This document shows positions 17,585 through 25,874 of a stretch of DNA of 64,000 bases, in pieces (within the stretch, counting starts at the first letter, position 1; every line of letters starts with the position of its first letter). The stretch spans positions 124,006-188,005 of the forward strand of contig JANXCF010000005.1 in the NCBI GenBank assembly GCA_025059995.1, read 5' to 3'. This DNA comes from Leptospiraceae bacterium. GTDB taxonomy: Bacteria > Spirochaetota > Leptospiria > Leptospirales > Leptonemataceae. The position numbers and the translations under genes are program-made. The notes below the pieces were generated by a model that saw nothing but the letters and a program-made list of their open reading frames with translations, did not search any database and had not been told where the DNA came from.

Positions 17585-19120
17585 ATGAACCTGAAGCTCT
17601 TTCTAAAAAGAAATTGGGAACTATTTTTGATTTTTTTTTTATTAATAGTAATTTTTTCTTATTTTTTGGAACGTTATTACTACGTTGGAGATCCATTAGC
17701 GAAGGTTTATCAGTCTTATTCTTTAATCTTCAATAACTATCAGTCAGAAGAAATCCTATATCGTTTTAGGGAATTTGATCCTGAGTTTCGTTATTTCCCT
17801 TTGACTTCGATTGTTACGATTCCCGATGAAAACAAAGTCGTAGGTGTATTCCCCGTTCTTTTTTCGTTGATCATAGCTCCCGTGATTGAGTTTAATGGAG
17901 TGAAATATCTACCCGTTTTGACCACAATAGTGAACTTTCTGAGTTTGTATTTGTTAAAACGATATTGGAACTTTTCGTCATTCTGGATATTGTTCTTTTT
18001 GTTTGGAACCTTTTTGTTTTTGAATAGCATAGACATGTCAGAGAGTAGCTTGTTGGTAGCACTACAAGTGATGGGGTTGACACTTTTATTTCGAGGGGGT
18101 GATAGGTGGGTGGTGTTATCGGCTTTTATTTTGACATTAGGGATGTGGCTTCGTTTGGAGATGTTGTTATTTTTGATGAGTTTGATATTTGTATGGTTTT
18201 TGTTAGAGAATGAGATTGTTTTGAGGGATTTTGATTGGAGGGGTATTGGGGTATCGAGGAAGTTTGTGGTGTTTGTTGTGTCAGTAGTGTTGTTTGTTTT
18301 GGTGTTTTTTTTGTTTCATTGGTATCAGTATGGACACATCCTCGGTCCAAGATATCTGGCAAACATTTATGTAGAGGAATATTCAATTTTAAGACAACTA
18401 AAACACTTATGGATACTTCTTTTTTTCGGAAGTTTTAATCAGTTGGGATTTTTTGGATATGTTCCGTTGTTTTTGGTGGTGTTGTTGATTTTTTTGTTTC
18501 GGAGGCGTGAGTTTGATTTTCCACGAGAGGAACTCATATTGATATATTCAGGAATTTTGTTAGTGATACTTGTGGGTATTACTTCTCCGAATGAAGGAGT
18601 CGTAAATTTAGGACCAAGATATATGCTTTTAGCCATTTTTCCGTTTGTTCTTTTGAGTAGGGGGGTGTTTTTGAAGTTTTTATCAAAAAAATGGAAGTTT
18701 GTTCTTGTTTTCTATTCGTTTTTTGTCACATTTGTGTATTTCATTTTTTATTCCCTTTTTTTACAGATAGCAAAAGAAGCTCATCAAAAACTTACAGCAG
18801 AAAAAGCTCCTATTTACATCAACTTTGATTATATCGATACAAGCATTTTAGGATTAAGTGTAATTGATCACACTGTGCTTACGATTCAGCGGTATTTTCC
18901 ATTGGAGTTTCTTGATCATTTGTATGTATATTCAAAAGACAAGGGGGACGTCATAGTGTATCATTCGAAGTATGTAGAGAAAAAGAAATCAGTGGATATA
19001 CAAAAGAACTTAGCAAAACTAAAAGAACAATTTGTACTTGTGGCGTATCACAAAATCCACTTTCAAAAAAATGATTATCTAAAGATCTACAGATTAAGAA
19101 GAAAAGAGAAACTGCAATAA
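17585..19120 (+). CDS. polytopic membrane protein, putative GT-C fold glycosyltransferase (Leptospira LA_3751/3752-like)
   Basis: Many TM helices; 'GDPLAK', 'FPVLFS', 'LRLE', 'GHILGPRY', 'GPRYML'. Confidence 0.65.
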   Translation: MNLKLFLKRNWELFLIFFLLIVIFSYFLERYYYVGDPLAKVYQSYSLIFNNYQSEEILYRFREFDPEFRYFPLTSIVTIPDENKVVGVFPVLFSLIIAPVIEFNGVKYLPVLTTIVNFLSLYLLKRYWNFSSFWILFFLFGTFLFLNSIDMSESSLLVALQVMGLTLLFRGGDRWVVLSAFILTLGMWLRLEMLLFLMSLIFVWFLLENEIVLRDFDWRGIGVSRKFVVFVVSVVLFVLVFFLFHWYQYGHILGPRYLANIYVEEYSILRQLKHLWILLFFGSFNQLGFFGYVPLFLVVLLIFLFRRREFDFPREELILIYSGILLVILVGITSPNEGVVNLGPRYMLLAIFPFVLLSRGVFLKFLSKKWKFVLVFYSFFVTFVYFIFYSLFLQIAKEAHQKLTAEKAPIYINFDYIDTSILGLSVIDHTVLTIQRYFPLEFLDHLYVYSKDKGDVIVYHSKYVEKKKSVDIQKNLAKLKEQFVLVAYHKIHFQKNDYLKIYRLRRKEKLQ

Positions 19121-19279
19121 AATAAAAAAATAACAATTTTTGTCTGAAATTGAGTGTATATTTTATATTACATGATAAACACCCATAGCAAAGTTTAAAA
19201 AATTTTTTCATTAAGTGAGAAAAATTTTCAGATTTTTCGGGATTTTATCATAAAATATGTCTCCTCCTTTTCTAATTAT

Positions 19280-20068
19280 ATGATTATGAAGATGGAAACG
19301 ATTAAAATCCAAAATTGTTTTAAGAAAATTTATGAATCAAAAGGTTATGAAAAATCTTGTGAAGAAAGAATCATTGAATATATTCAGCATCTTTTGGAGA
19401 CGAAAAAAGTATCAAAAAATTCACGAAAAATTGCTGAATATGTTTTTTGGTTAATCTATAATGAATTTGTCTATAACGGTCGTGATGAAAATGGCAAAAT
19501 CAGAAAAAGAAAATTTAAAAACAAGATAAAGCAACAATTTCATAGTTTCTTAGAAAACGAACTGATATTATCTGATGAAGACTTCGAAAAACTTATGATC
19601 GATATTATAGAAATCTACCTACCATGTTTGAAAATAGCAGAAAATGACCGGGAAAAACTAAAACTTTACAAAAATTGTATTGATAGAGACTTCCATAGAG
19701 AAAAAAGAAAAAATATTTCAATTGGTGAACTTATAGAAAAAGTTCGTCTTTCTAATCCAAAAGCGTATTATGACTACGATTGGAAAGACAATCTAAGATA
19801 TCTCAAACTCTTGAGTAAAATACAAAAGCTTTTGGATGAAATCGAATTTATTCTATTAAAAAATGGATTTAAAAATAAAACCCATATAAAAGTTATTTTA
19901 AAAAATTTTGAAGTTCAATTCTATAATCCACATTTAGAAAATAAAGAAGAGATATATAGTAAGGTTGCTGATGAATTAAATATGAATAAAAGCACCGTAA
20001 AATCGGTTATACATCGCTTTGAGAAGAAGAATAAGATTATAAAAGAAATCAAAGAAGCTATTGAATAA
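19280..20068 (+). CDS. HTH protein, divergent ECF/sigma70-like factor
   Basis: Region 4.2-like 'YSKVADELNMNKSTVKSVIHR'; region 2-like 'KNCIDRDFHREKRK'; very AT-rich. Confidence 0.5.
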   Translation: MIMKMETIKIQNCFKKIYESKGYEKSCEERIIEYIQHLLETKKVSKNSRKIAEYVFWLIYNEFVYNGRDENGKIRKRKFKNKIKQQFHSFLENELILSDEDFEKLMIDIIEIYLPCLKIAENDREKLKLYKNCIDRDFHREKRKNISIGELIEKVRLSNPKAYYDYDWKDNLRYLKLLSKIQKLLDEIEFILLKNGFKNKTHIKVILKNFEVQFYNPHLENKEEIYSKVADELNMNKSTVKSVIHRFEKKNKIIKEIKEAIE

Positions 20069-20133
20069 TGGATCTATATTTTCTTGGTTTTCTTTATTTT
20101 CTTGAGGCTATGTTGGTTTTTTTTGGCTGAAAT

Positions 20134-20733
20134 ATGAGCTTTCTTTGGGCTTTGAAGCTTCTAAGTGCTTCTTTTGATTTTCGCTTGTACCGAGAGTTTG
20201 AGAAGTTTCCCCATTTTGAGGTTGCAAGAAAAGTTTTTTATTTCTACCACATGCCCTTTTTGATTCATTATATTTTTTTTCTAATTAGTCCTTTTTTCTG
20301 GTATCAAATCTTGTTCAAGAAAGAAAGTTTTTTCTCTTTGCTTTTTACTACTTATCTTCCCCCTTTGTTCATTTATGGGGGAACTTTTATTTTTTTGGTT
20401 TTGATGGATAAGTTTGAGTTTTATTCCCAACCTCCCACGTTATACCGAAAAAATCCTTATTTTGGAATCAAAAATGCGATTATGATTACTTCTAATTTGA
20501 TTTTTTTTCTTGTTCATCCGATTTTGGGTTGGTTAGCTTTGGGAGTTTCTTCTATCATGACGTTTGTTTTTTCTATCATCCAGTGGTCCTTATATCTTGA
20601 AAAACCAATATCCAAAACATTCGCCGAAAGTTTACTTTTGGTTTCTCTTTTTTTGTTGGTGGCTGTCTTGATTCTATTTATTGTGAATTTGTTTGAGTCT
20701 ATTCAATTATTACAAAGGTTTGGTCTTTTATGA
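20134..20733 (+). CDS. hypothetical integral membrane protein
   Basis: 199-aa ORF, about 5 hydrophobic segments, ATGA overlap with mpl. Confidence 0.7.
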   Translation: MSFLWALKLLSASFDFRLYREFEKFPHFEVARKVFYFYHMPFLIHYIFFLISPFFWYQILFKKESFFSLLFTTYLPPLFIYGGTFIFLVLMDKFEFYSQPPTLYRKNPYFGIKNAIMITSNLIFFLVHPILGWLALGVSSIMTFVFSIIQWSLYLEKPISKTFAESLLLVSLFLLVAVLILFIVNLFESIQLLQRFGLL

Positions 20734-22169
20734 AAATCCATGTTGTTGGTATCGGTGGGATTGCCATGGGGAATTTAGCAAAAATGTTAAAGGATCAAGG
20801 ACACGATGTTACAGGTTCTGATCAGAATTTATATCCTCCTATGTCTGAGAAGCTCAAAGAATGGGGTTTTCCTGTTTCTTCTTTTTCTCCAGATAACATC
20901 ATAGACCAACACCAAAATCCAAAAGCGGATCTCTACATAATCGGGAATGTTTTATCTCGAGGCAACATAGAAGTTGAGACCATCCTCAATCACCGTTTGC
21001 CTTTGATGAGTATGCCTCAAGCCTTGTATGAGTTTTTTTTGAAGCATCACTATGTGATTGTAGTAGCGGGCACACATGGCAAAACCACCACTACTTTTCT
21101 AATCCACTATATTCTTAAAAAAGCAGGATTATCCGCGGGATTATTTGCTGGTGGGATACGAGCTGATCATCATCCTGGTTTTTCGATAGAAAAAGGAAAC
21201 TATTTCGTTATTGAGGGCGATGAATATGACACTTCTTTTTTTGACAAAAAGCCCAAATTTTTGCACTATCGACCTTATTATTTGGTTTTGACTTCAATTG
21301 AGTATGATCATGCAGACATTTACGAAAACCTCAAGGAATACAAAAAGGCTTTTCTTCAATTGTTGCGTTGGATACCCCAAAAAGGAAAGATCATCGCAAA
21401 CTATGATTACGAGGTCATACGAGAAATTCTCAAAAATCAGTCGAATGTTGTATATTATTCAGAGAAAGAACGCTTACCAGAAATCACGCAGCTCCAATAC
21501 CAACGTAATGAGTTAATTCTCCCCATTGGAAGAGTTCATCCCAAAATCTTCGGAAAACAAAATTATCTAAACATCTTAGCAAGTTATCTTTTGGCAAAAG
21601 AACTGGGTGTTGATGCTCAAATCATTCGTCAGGCAATCGAAGAATTTCCTGGAGTCATGAGGCGCCAACAACTACGAAAAAAAATTTCCCTTCGTGATCA
21701 AGAAATAGAGATACTTTTCTATGAAGATTTTGCTCATCATCCCACAGCTGTGAAAATCACCATTGAAAGTTTTCGAGAAACGATTACCAATGCCTTCATC
21801 ATTGCTTGCTATGAACCCAGAAGTGCGAGTAGCCATCGAAATGTCTTTCAGAAAGAATATCCAGAATCATTTTTGTTAGCAGATGTAGTTTATATCACAG
21901 AAGTTTATGATCCAAGAAAAGTAGAACCGGAACAACGATTGAATGTATTAGAAATCATTGATGAAATCCGCAAAAAAAATATCAATGCTCATTACTGTGC
22001 AGCACCAAATGAACTTTTAGAAAAACTAAAGAATGATTTTTCCGATTATGTCTTATTCGCAAAGCAAAAAAAATTAAACAAGATCATCTTGTTATTTATG
22101 AGCAACGGTGAATTTGGAAACATCTACCCAGAAGTGGAAAATTGGCTGGAAGATTTAGAAAAAAGTTGA
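20730..22169 (+). CDS. mpl: UDP-N-acetylmuramate:peptide ligase, Mpl/MurC family
   Basis: 'GIGGIAMGNLA', 'GSDQNLYPPMS', 'AGTHGKTTTT', 'EGDEYDTSFFDK', 'DFAHHPTA', 'EPRS'. Confidence 0.88.
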   Translation: MKIHVVGIGGIAMGNLAKMLKDQGHDVTGSDQNLYPPMSEKLKEWGFPVSSFSPDNIIDQHQNPKADLYIIGNVLSRGNIEVETILNHRLPLMSMPQALYEFFLKHHYVIVVAGTHGKTTTTFLIHYILKKAGLSAGLFAGGIRADHHPGFSIEKGNYFVIEGDEYDTSFFDKKPKFLHYRPYYLVLTSIEYDHADIYENLKEYKKAFLQLLRWIPQKGKIIANYDYEVIREILKNQSNVVYYSEKERLPEITQLQYQRNELILPIGRVHPKIFGKQNYLNILASYLLAKELGVDAQIIRQAIEEFPGVMRRQQLRKKISLRDQEIEILFYEDFAHHPTAVKITIESFRETITNAFIIACYEPRSASSHRNVFQKEYPESFLLADVVYITEVYDPRKVEPEQRLNVLEIIDEIRKKNINAHYCAAPNELLEKLKNDFSDYVLFAKQKKLNKIILLFMSNGEFGNIYPEVENWLEDLEKS

Positions 22170-22181
22170 CTTGGTTCTTTT

Positions 22182-22733
22182 GTGATTTTTTCTATGATTA
22201 TGAGTCTCATAATCAAGTTCAATTTCGGGTTTTTCTTTTTGGTGTTTTTGCTGTGGAATGTTTCTTTACAAAGCAGAGTGTTTCTTACGCCTGAGGCAGC
22301 ACTTCAAGAAGCCTTTCCAAATGCAACCATAGAAAAAATAAGGATATATCTTACAGAACAAGATCAAAAGCAAATGGAACAAGAGTTAGGATTCAAAATC
22401 AAACATAGATTTTTTAGTTTTTATGTAGCGAAATCCAATCAAAACCTTTTGGGTTATGCAATCCTACACACAGATATCGTGCGAACAAAAGAAATGTCTT
22501 TGATGATCGTCCTCAATCCAAAAAAAGAAATCCAACAAATCTATCTTATCAGCTTTTATGAACCCATAGAATACAAACCTACAGAAAGATGGCTAGAATT
22601 ATTCACAAATCGAAGTCTAAATCATCCACCAGTTTTAGGTATTGATATACCCGTAGTTTCGGGAGCTACCCTTACAGCAAGAAGTGCTTATGAAATGGCA
22701 ATGTTGACACTTTATCTTGCCAAGTCCCTATAA
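22182..22733 (+). CDS. secreted FMN-binding (flavinylation-motif) protein
   Basis: Signal peptide; 'FYEPIEY.P...WL', C-terminal 'VSGATLTA' [S/T]GA[S/T] motif; start may be ATG 22200. Confidence 0.8.
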   Translation: MIFSMIMSLIIKFNFGFFFLVFLLWNVSLQSRVFLTPEAALQEAFPNATIEKIRIYLTEQDQKQMEQELGFKIKHRFFSFYVAKSNQNLLGYAILHTDIVRTKEMSLMIVLNPKKEIQQIYLISFYEPIEYKPTERWLELFTNRSLNHPPVLGIDIPVVSGATLTARSAYEMAMLTLYLAKSL

Positions 22734-22739
22734 AAGCTT

Positions 22740-23186
22740 ATGAAGTTTTTCGTAACAGGAAATGTTCGATCTTCTAAAGGACCAAGAAATATCTTATTAT
22801 TAGCCTATTTTTTGTTTTTGTTATTTCTCATAAGTAATTTATTCTTGGCTATATCTCAGAACTCCTTTCGATATGAAGATTTCATCCTCACATTAGAACC
22901 TTCTTTGATCATTCGTTTGGAAGAAGTACATATCAGTCTTTTTATGTTTGGTTTTTATTTAATTTTTATTTTCGCCATGTTGTATCAAAGCCGATGGAAA
23001 ATGAAAATAAAAAACATACTTTTTGGGATTTCGATTGTTTTGTTTGTGTTTTATTTACTTTCCCTTTTGATTTATGATGAAGCTCTTTGGTTTTTTTATT
23101 TTTATTATGGGGTGTTATTTACGTTTCATCTATTTTTCTTGGTTTTGCAATTTTTATTAATACTAGATTTGTTGTATGAAAAGTAG
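22740..23186 (+). CDS. 4-TM membrane protein with His in 'LEEVHISLF'
   Basis: Hydrophobic ORF directly after the FMN-binding gene. Confidence 0.7.
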   Translation: MKFFVTGNVRSSKGPRNILLLAYFLFLLFLISNLFLAISQNSFRYEDFILTLEPSLIIRLEEVHISLFMFGFYLIFIFAMLYQSRWKMKIKNILFGISIVLFVFYLLSLLIYDEALWFFYFYYGVLFTFHLFFLVLQFLLILDLLYEK

Positions 23187-23742
23187 TTATACTTATGTAA
23201 TTTTATTTGTGGGGGTTTTGGGGGTACTTCAAAGTATTTCTGGTTCAATTCTTTTTTTTTCTAAAATTGGATACCAGCCTTCCCAGTGGATGGAATATTA
23301 TTATGGTTCTGAGGAAATGCGAAAATATTTCCCTCAAGAAGAAGATCGCTTCAAAGAGCCGTTGACATTTTCAGGGCGATTGAAGGTTGTGTATTCCCAT
23401 GCCCTTGCTTATGGTATTTGGGTGTTTACTTTGAGCCATTTGATTCGTAGTTTGAATGGGAATCCTCAATCAAGACAAAAAAAAGAAAAATTTCTGGTTT
23501 TGTATTTCATTGTAGCTGCTTTGGAGATTTTGATGGATATTTTACTAACACTAATTGTCAGCTATAGAATGTTTTTTTTGTTTTTGAGGTTTGTTTTGTT
23601 TCTTTTATTTATTGGTTTTACTATCATATTGAGTGGGGTTTTGATTCTTTATGCATGGAGAAATCTTCTTCAACATCGTATAGAACCCATCAATGGGAAA
23701 AATGCTTTTCGTTATCATCAAAGAGAAAATTTTGAACTCTAA
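23176..23742 (+). CDS. 4-TM membrane protein with H-x12-H segment
   Basis: 'YYYGSEE', 'SHALAYGIWVFTLSH'; overlaps upstream gene. Confidence 0.7.
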   Translation: MKSSYTYVILFVGVLGVLQSISGSILFFSKIGYQPSQWMEYYYGSEEMRKYFPQEEDRFKEPLTFSGRLKVVYSHALAYGIWVFTLSHLIRSLNGNPQSRQKKEKFLVLYFIVAALEILMDILLTLIVSYRMFFLFLRFVLFLLFIGFTIILSGVLILYAWRNLLQHRIEPINGKNAFRYHQRENFEL

Positions 23743-23762
23743 TTCGATTCGTGGAGCCACGT

Positions 23763-24389
23763 ATGGAAAATAAGGAAAATATGGAAAATACAAAAAAGAT
23801 ACGAGCAGAGAGAAGAACTGAATTTGGGAAGAACGCATCTCGGAGGCTTCGACGAGCAGGAAAAATCCCCGCCAACATCTTAGAAAAAGGAAAGTCAACT
23901 CCAGTGGTCATCCAAAAATCAGAATTCATGAAATTGCTAAGCCAAGGTTTGCTGCCATCAATGAAGATTCAAGTTGAATTCGAAAATGAAGTCTTTGAGG
24001 TTTTACCCAAAGAAATCCAACGTGAACCAGTTACAGGAGAAATCGAACACGTAGATTTCTATAAAATGACCCCTAATCACAAATTTCACCTTCACATCCC
24101 AGTAGAATTAGTCGGAGTTGCGAAGGGAGTTCGTGCTGGTGGTGCATTAGAACATTTTGTTCAAATGTTGAAAATCCGAACAACCCCAGAGAACTTAAAA
24201 GAAAAAATAGAAGTAGATATCACCAATTTAAACGTTGGAGAAGCAATCCGATTATCCGACCTAAATTTGCCAAAAGAATGGGATGTGCTCATCCAAGGGA
24301 ATCCCATCATTTGTAAAGTGGCTCAGTCTCGTGCAACCATCAAAGCAGCTCAAGAAGAAACAAAAGAAACAAAAGAAACAAAAAAATAG
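23763..24389 (+). CDS. rplY: 50S ribosomal protein L25/Ctc
   Basis: 'GKNASRRLRRAGKIPA', 'KEIQREPV...HVDFY', 'GVRAGG'; GGAG SD before ATG 23763. Confidence 0.95.
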   Translation: MENKENMENTKKIRAERRTEFGKNASRRLRRAGKIPANILEKGKSTPVVIQKSEFMKLLSQGLLPSMKIQVEFENEVFEVLPKEIQREPVTGEIEHVDFYKMTPNHKFHLHIPVELVGVAKGVRAGGALEHFVQMLKIRTTPENLKEKIEVDITNLNVGEAIRLSDLNLPKEWDVLIQGNPIICKVAQSRATIKAAQEETKETKETKK

Positions 24390-25361
24390 TCAGATTGTAT
24401 CACTACTTGGAATTTTGTCTAAAATTTTTAGTAGCTCTAGATACAACTGTGGGAAATATTCTTGGATTTGACTCAAAATTTCTTGGACTCTATCATTATC
24501 TGAGTAATGATGAAGAAGAGAATGTAGAATTACCAGATAAAAAAACAATAGTCGTGATAAGGTTTTTTCACGATACTTGACATTCACATAAGGAAGTTCT
24601 TGTTCTAGTCTTGAGACTTCATCTTCGATGTTAAAAATTTCATCCAGTTCAAGCTTCCTGATATTGTAAGGTAAAGCCTTCATCATGATTGAAACCGGGA
24701 GCCAATAATGAACTTTCTCAGTGTTTTTGTCATAAAGAAATTGTAGTTCTCTTATGATTTTCTTTATTGTCTCGGATTGTAATTCTTTGAAGTCCAAGGT
24801 ATCTGGTGAAAGTAAAAATCCATCTCGAAAAAAACTAAGGGCATAGGAAAAATATTCAAAATTCCCAGTCCTTTCCATTTCCATGAAATTCAAATCACCA
24901 TATAAAAAAAAAATCTGAGGATGGAATGGTTGAATTAGTTTTGCAATTTGAAGTATTTCTTTTGTATTGGAAACATCATGAACAGAAAGAAAACCCTTTG
25001 CTATCTCTAAAAGCAAGGGGAAATCATGCTCTTCGATTCCTTCTTTGTGTTGTCTGTTTTCTAAATTGCTTTTGACTTTTAGTAGTAAATATCTCTTTAT
25101 CTGGTTGATAACTTTTGTTGTGGGATACCCTTTTTCTGTGAGGACAGATTCGAATTTTTTCCATTCTTTCAGGAGAAAATCGTAGTTTTTTTTTTCTTCT
25201 CTAAAGAATTTTTCTCGGTTGAGCCAATATTTCGTGGCAAAAAAGTTTGCTATGTATTCTAACTCATCTGGAGATTCTTCTAAGATACTGCCGGCAACCT
25301 CACTTGCTTCGAAAAATTCTCCTTTTTCGATGTGATATAAGAGGGTATCTTCATCCCGCAT
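24390..25361 (-). CDS. hypothetical alpha-helical/TPR-like protein
   Basis: 323-aa ORF in the alaS-yajQ run; TPR-like 'QPFHPQIFFLYGD'. Confidence 0.65.
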   Translation of the reverse strand: MRDEDTLLYHIEKGEFFEASEVAGSILEESPDELEYIANFFATKYWLNREKFFREEKKNYDFLLKEWKKFESVLTEKGYPTTKVINQIKRYLLLKVKSNLENRQHKEGIEEHDFPLLLEIAKGFLSVHDVSNTKEILQIAKLIQPFHPQIFFLYGDLNFMEMERTGNFEYFSYALSFFRDGFLLSPDTLDFKELQSETIKKIIRELQFLYDKNTEKVHYWLPVSIMMKALPYNIRKLELDEIFNIEDEVSRLEQELPYVNVKYREKTLSRLLFFYLVILHSLLHHYSDNDRVQEILSQIQEYFPQLYLELLKILDKIPSSDTI

Positions 25362-25373
25362 AAAACAAAGAAA

Positions 25374-25865
25374 TTAACGATAATTATCAAAAGAAATAGC
25401 AAAGTCCAATTCTTGTTCTCGTAAATGCTTGATAACTGCTTGGAGGTCATCTATGCTTTTGCTTATCACTCGTAAACTATCTCCTTGAATGCGGGTTTGA
25501 ACCTTTATATTGGTTTCTTTGATGATTTTATTGATTTTTTTGATTTGTTCTTGAGTAAGTCCGTTTTGAATCTTTGCAGTGCATTTGACTCTTCCAGAGA
25601 TGTTTTTCTGAATCTCACCGAATTGGATTGCTTTTAGATTGATGCCACGTTTTACAAGTTTGCTTTGAAAAATGTCAATTAGTGATTTCATCTTCATTTC
25701 ATCTTCGGTGGCTAAGTGGATTTCGTCTTTTTCTCGTTGGATTTCCACGTGGCTACCTTTGAAGTCGAATCTGTTTGTGGCTTCTTTTAAGGCTTGGTTT
25801 ATGGCATTAGATAGTTCTTGTTCATCAATTTTGTAAACAATATCAAAAGAATGTTCCTTTGCCAT
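25374..25865 (-). CDS. yajQ: YajQ family nucleotide/c-di-GMP-binding protein
   Basis: 'SFDIV', 'NRFDFKGS', 'IQGDSLRV', 'DDLQAVI', C-terminal 'FDNYR'. Confidence 0.95.
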   Translation of the reverse strand: MAKEHSFDIVYKIDEQELSNAINQALKEATNRFDFKGSHVEIQREKDEIHLATEDEMKMKSLIDIFQSKLVKRGINLKAIQFGEIQKNISGRVKCTAKIQNGLTQEQIKKINKIIKETNIKVQTRIQGDSLRVISKSIDDLQAVIKHLREQELDFAISFDNYR

Positions 25866-25874
25866 AAATATATT

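Noticed and set aside
18060..18340. Strongly G/T-skewed low-complexity tract
   Set aside because: Explained by Val/Phe/Leu/Trp codons of TM helices; no discrete repeat unit
23763..24386. 9-bp repeats at both ends of rplY (GGAAAATA-like; AAGAAACAA)
   Set aside because: In-frame low-complexity protein tails (MEN/KEN, ETK)
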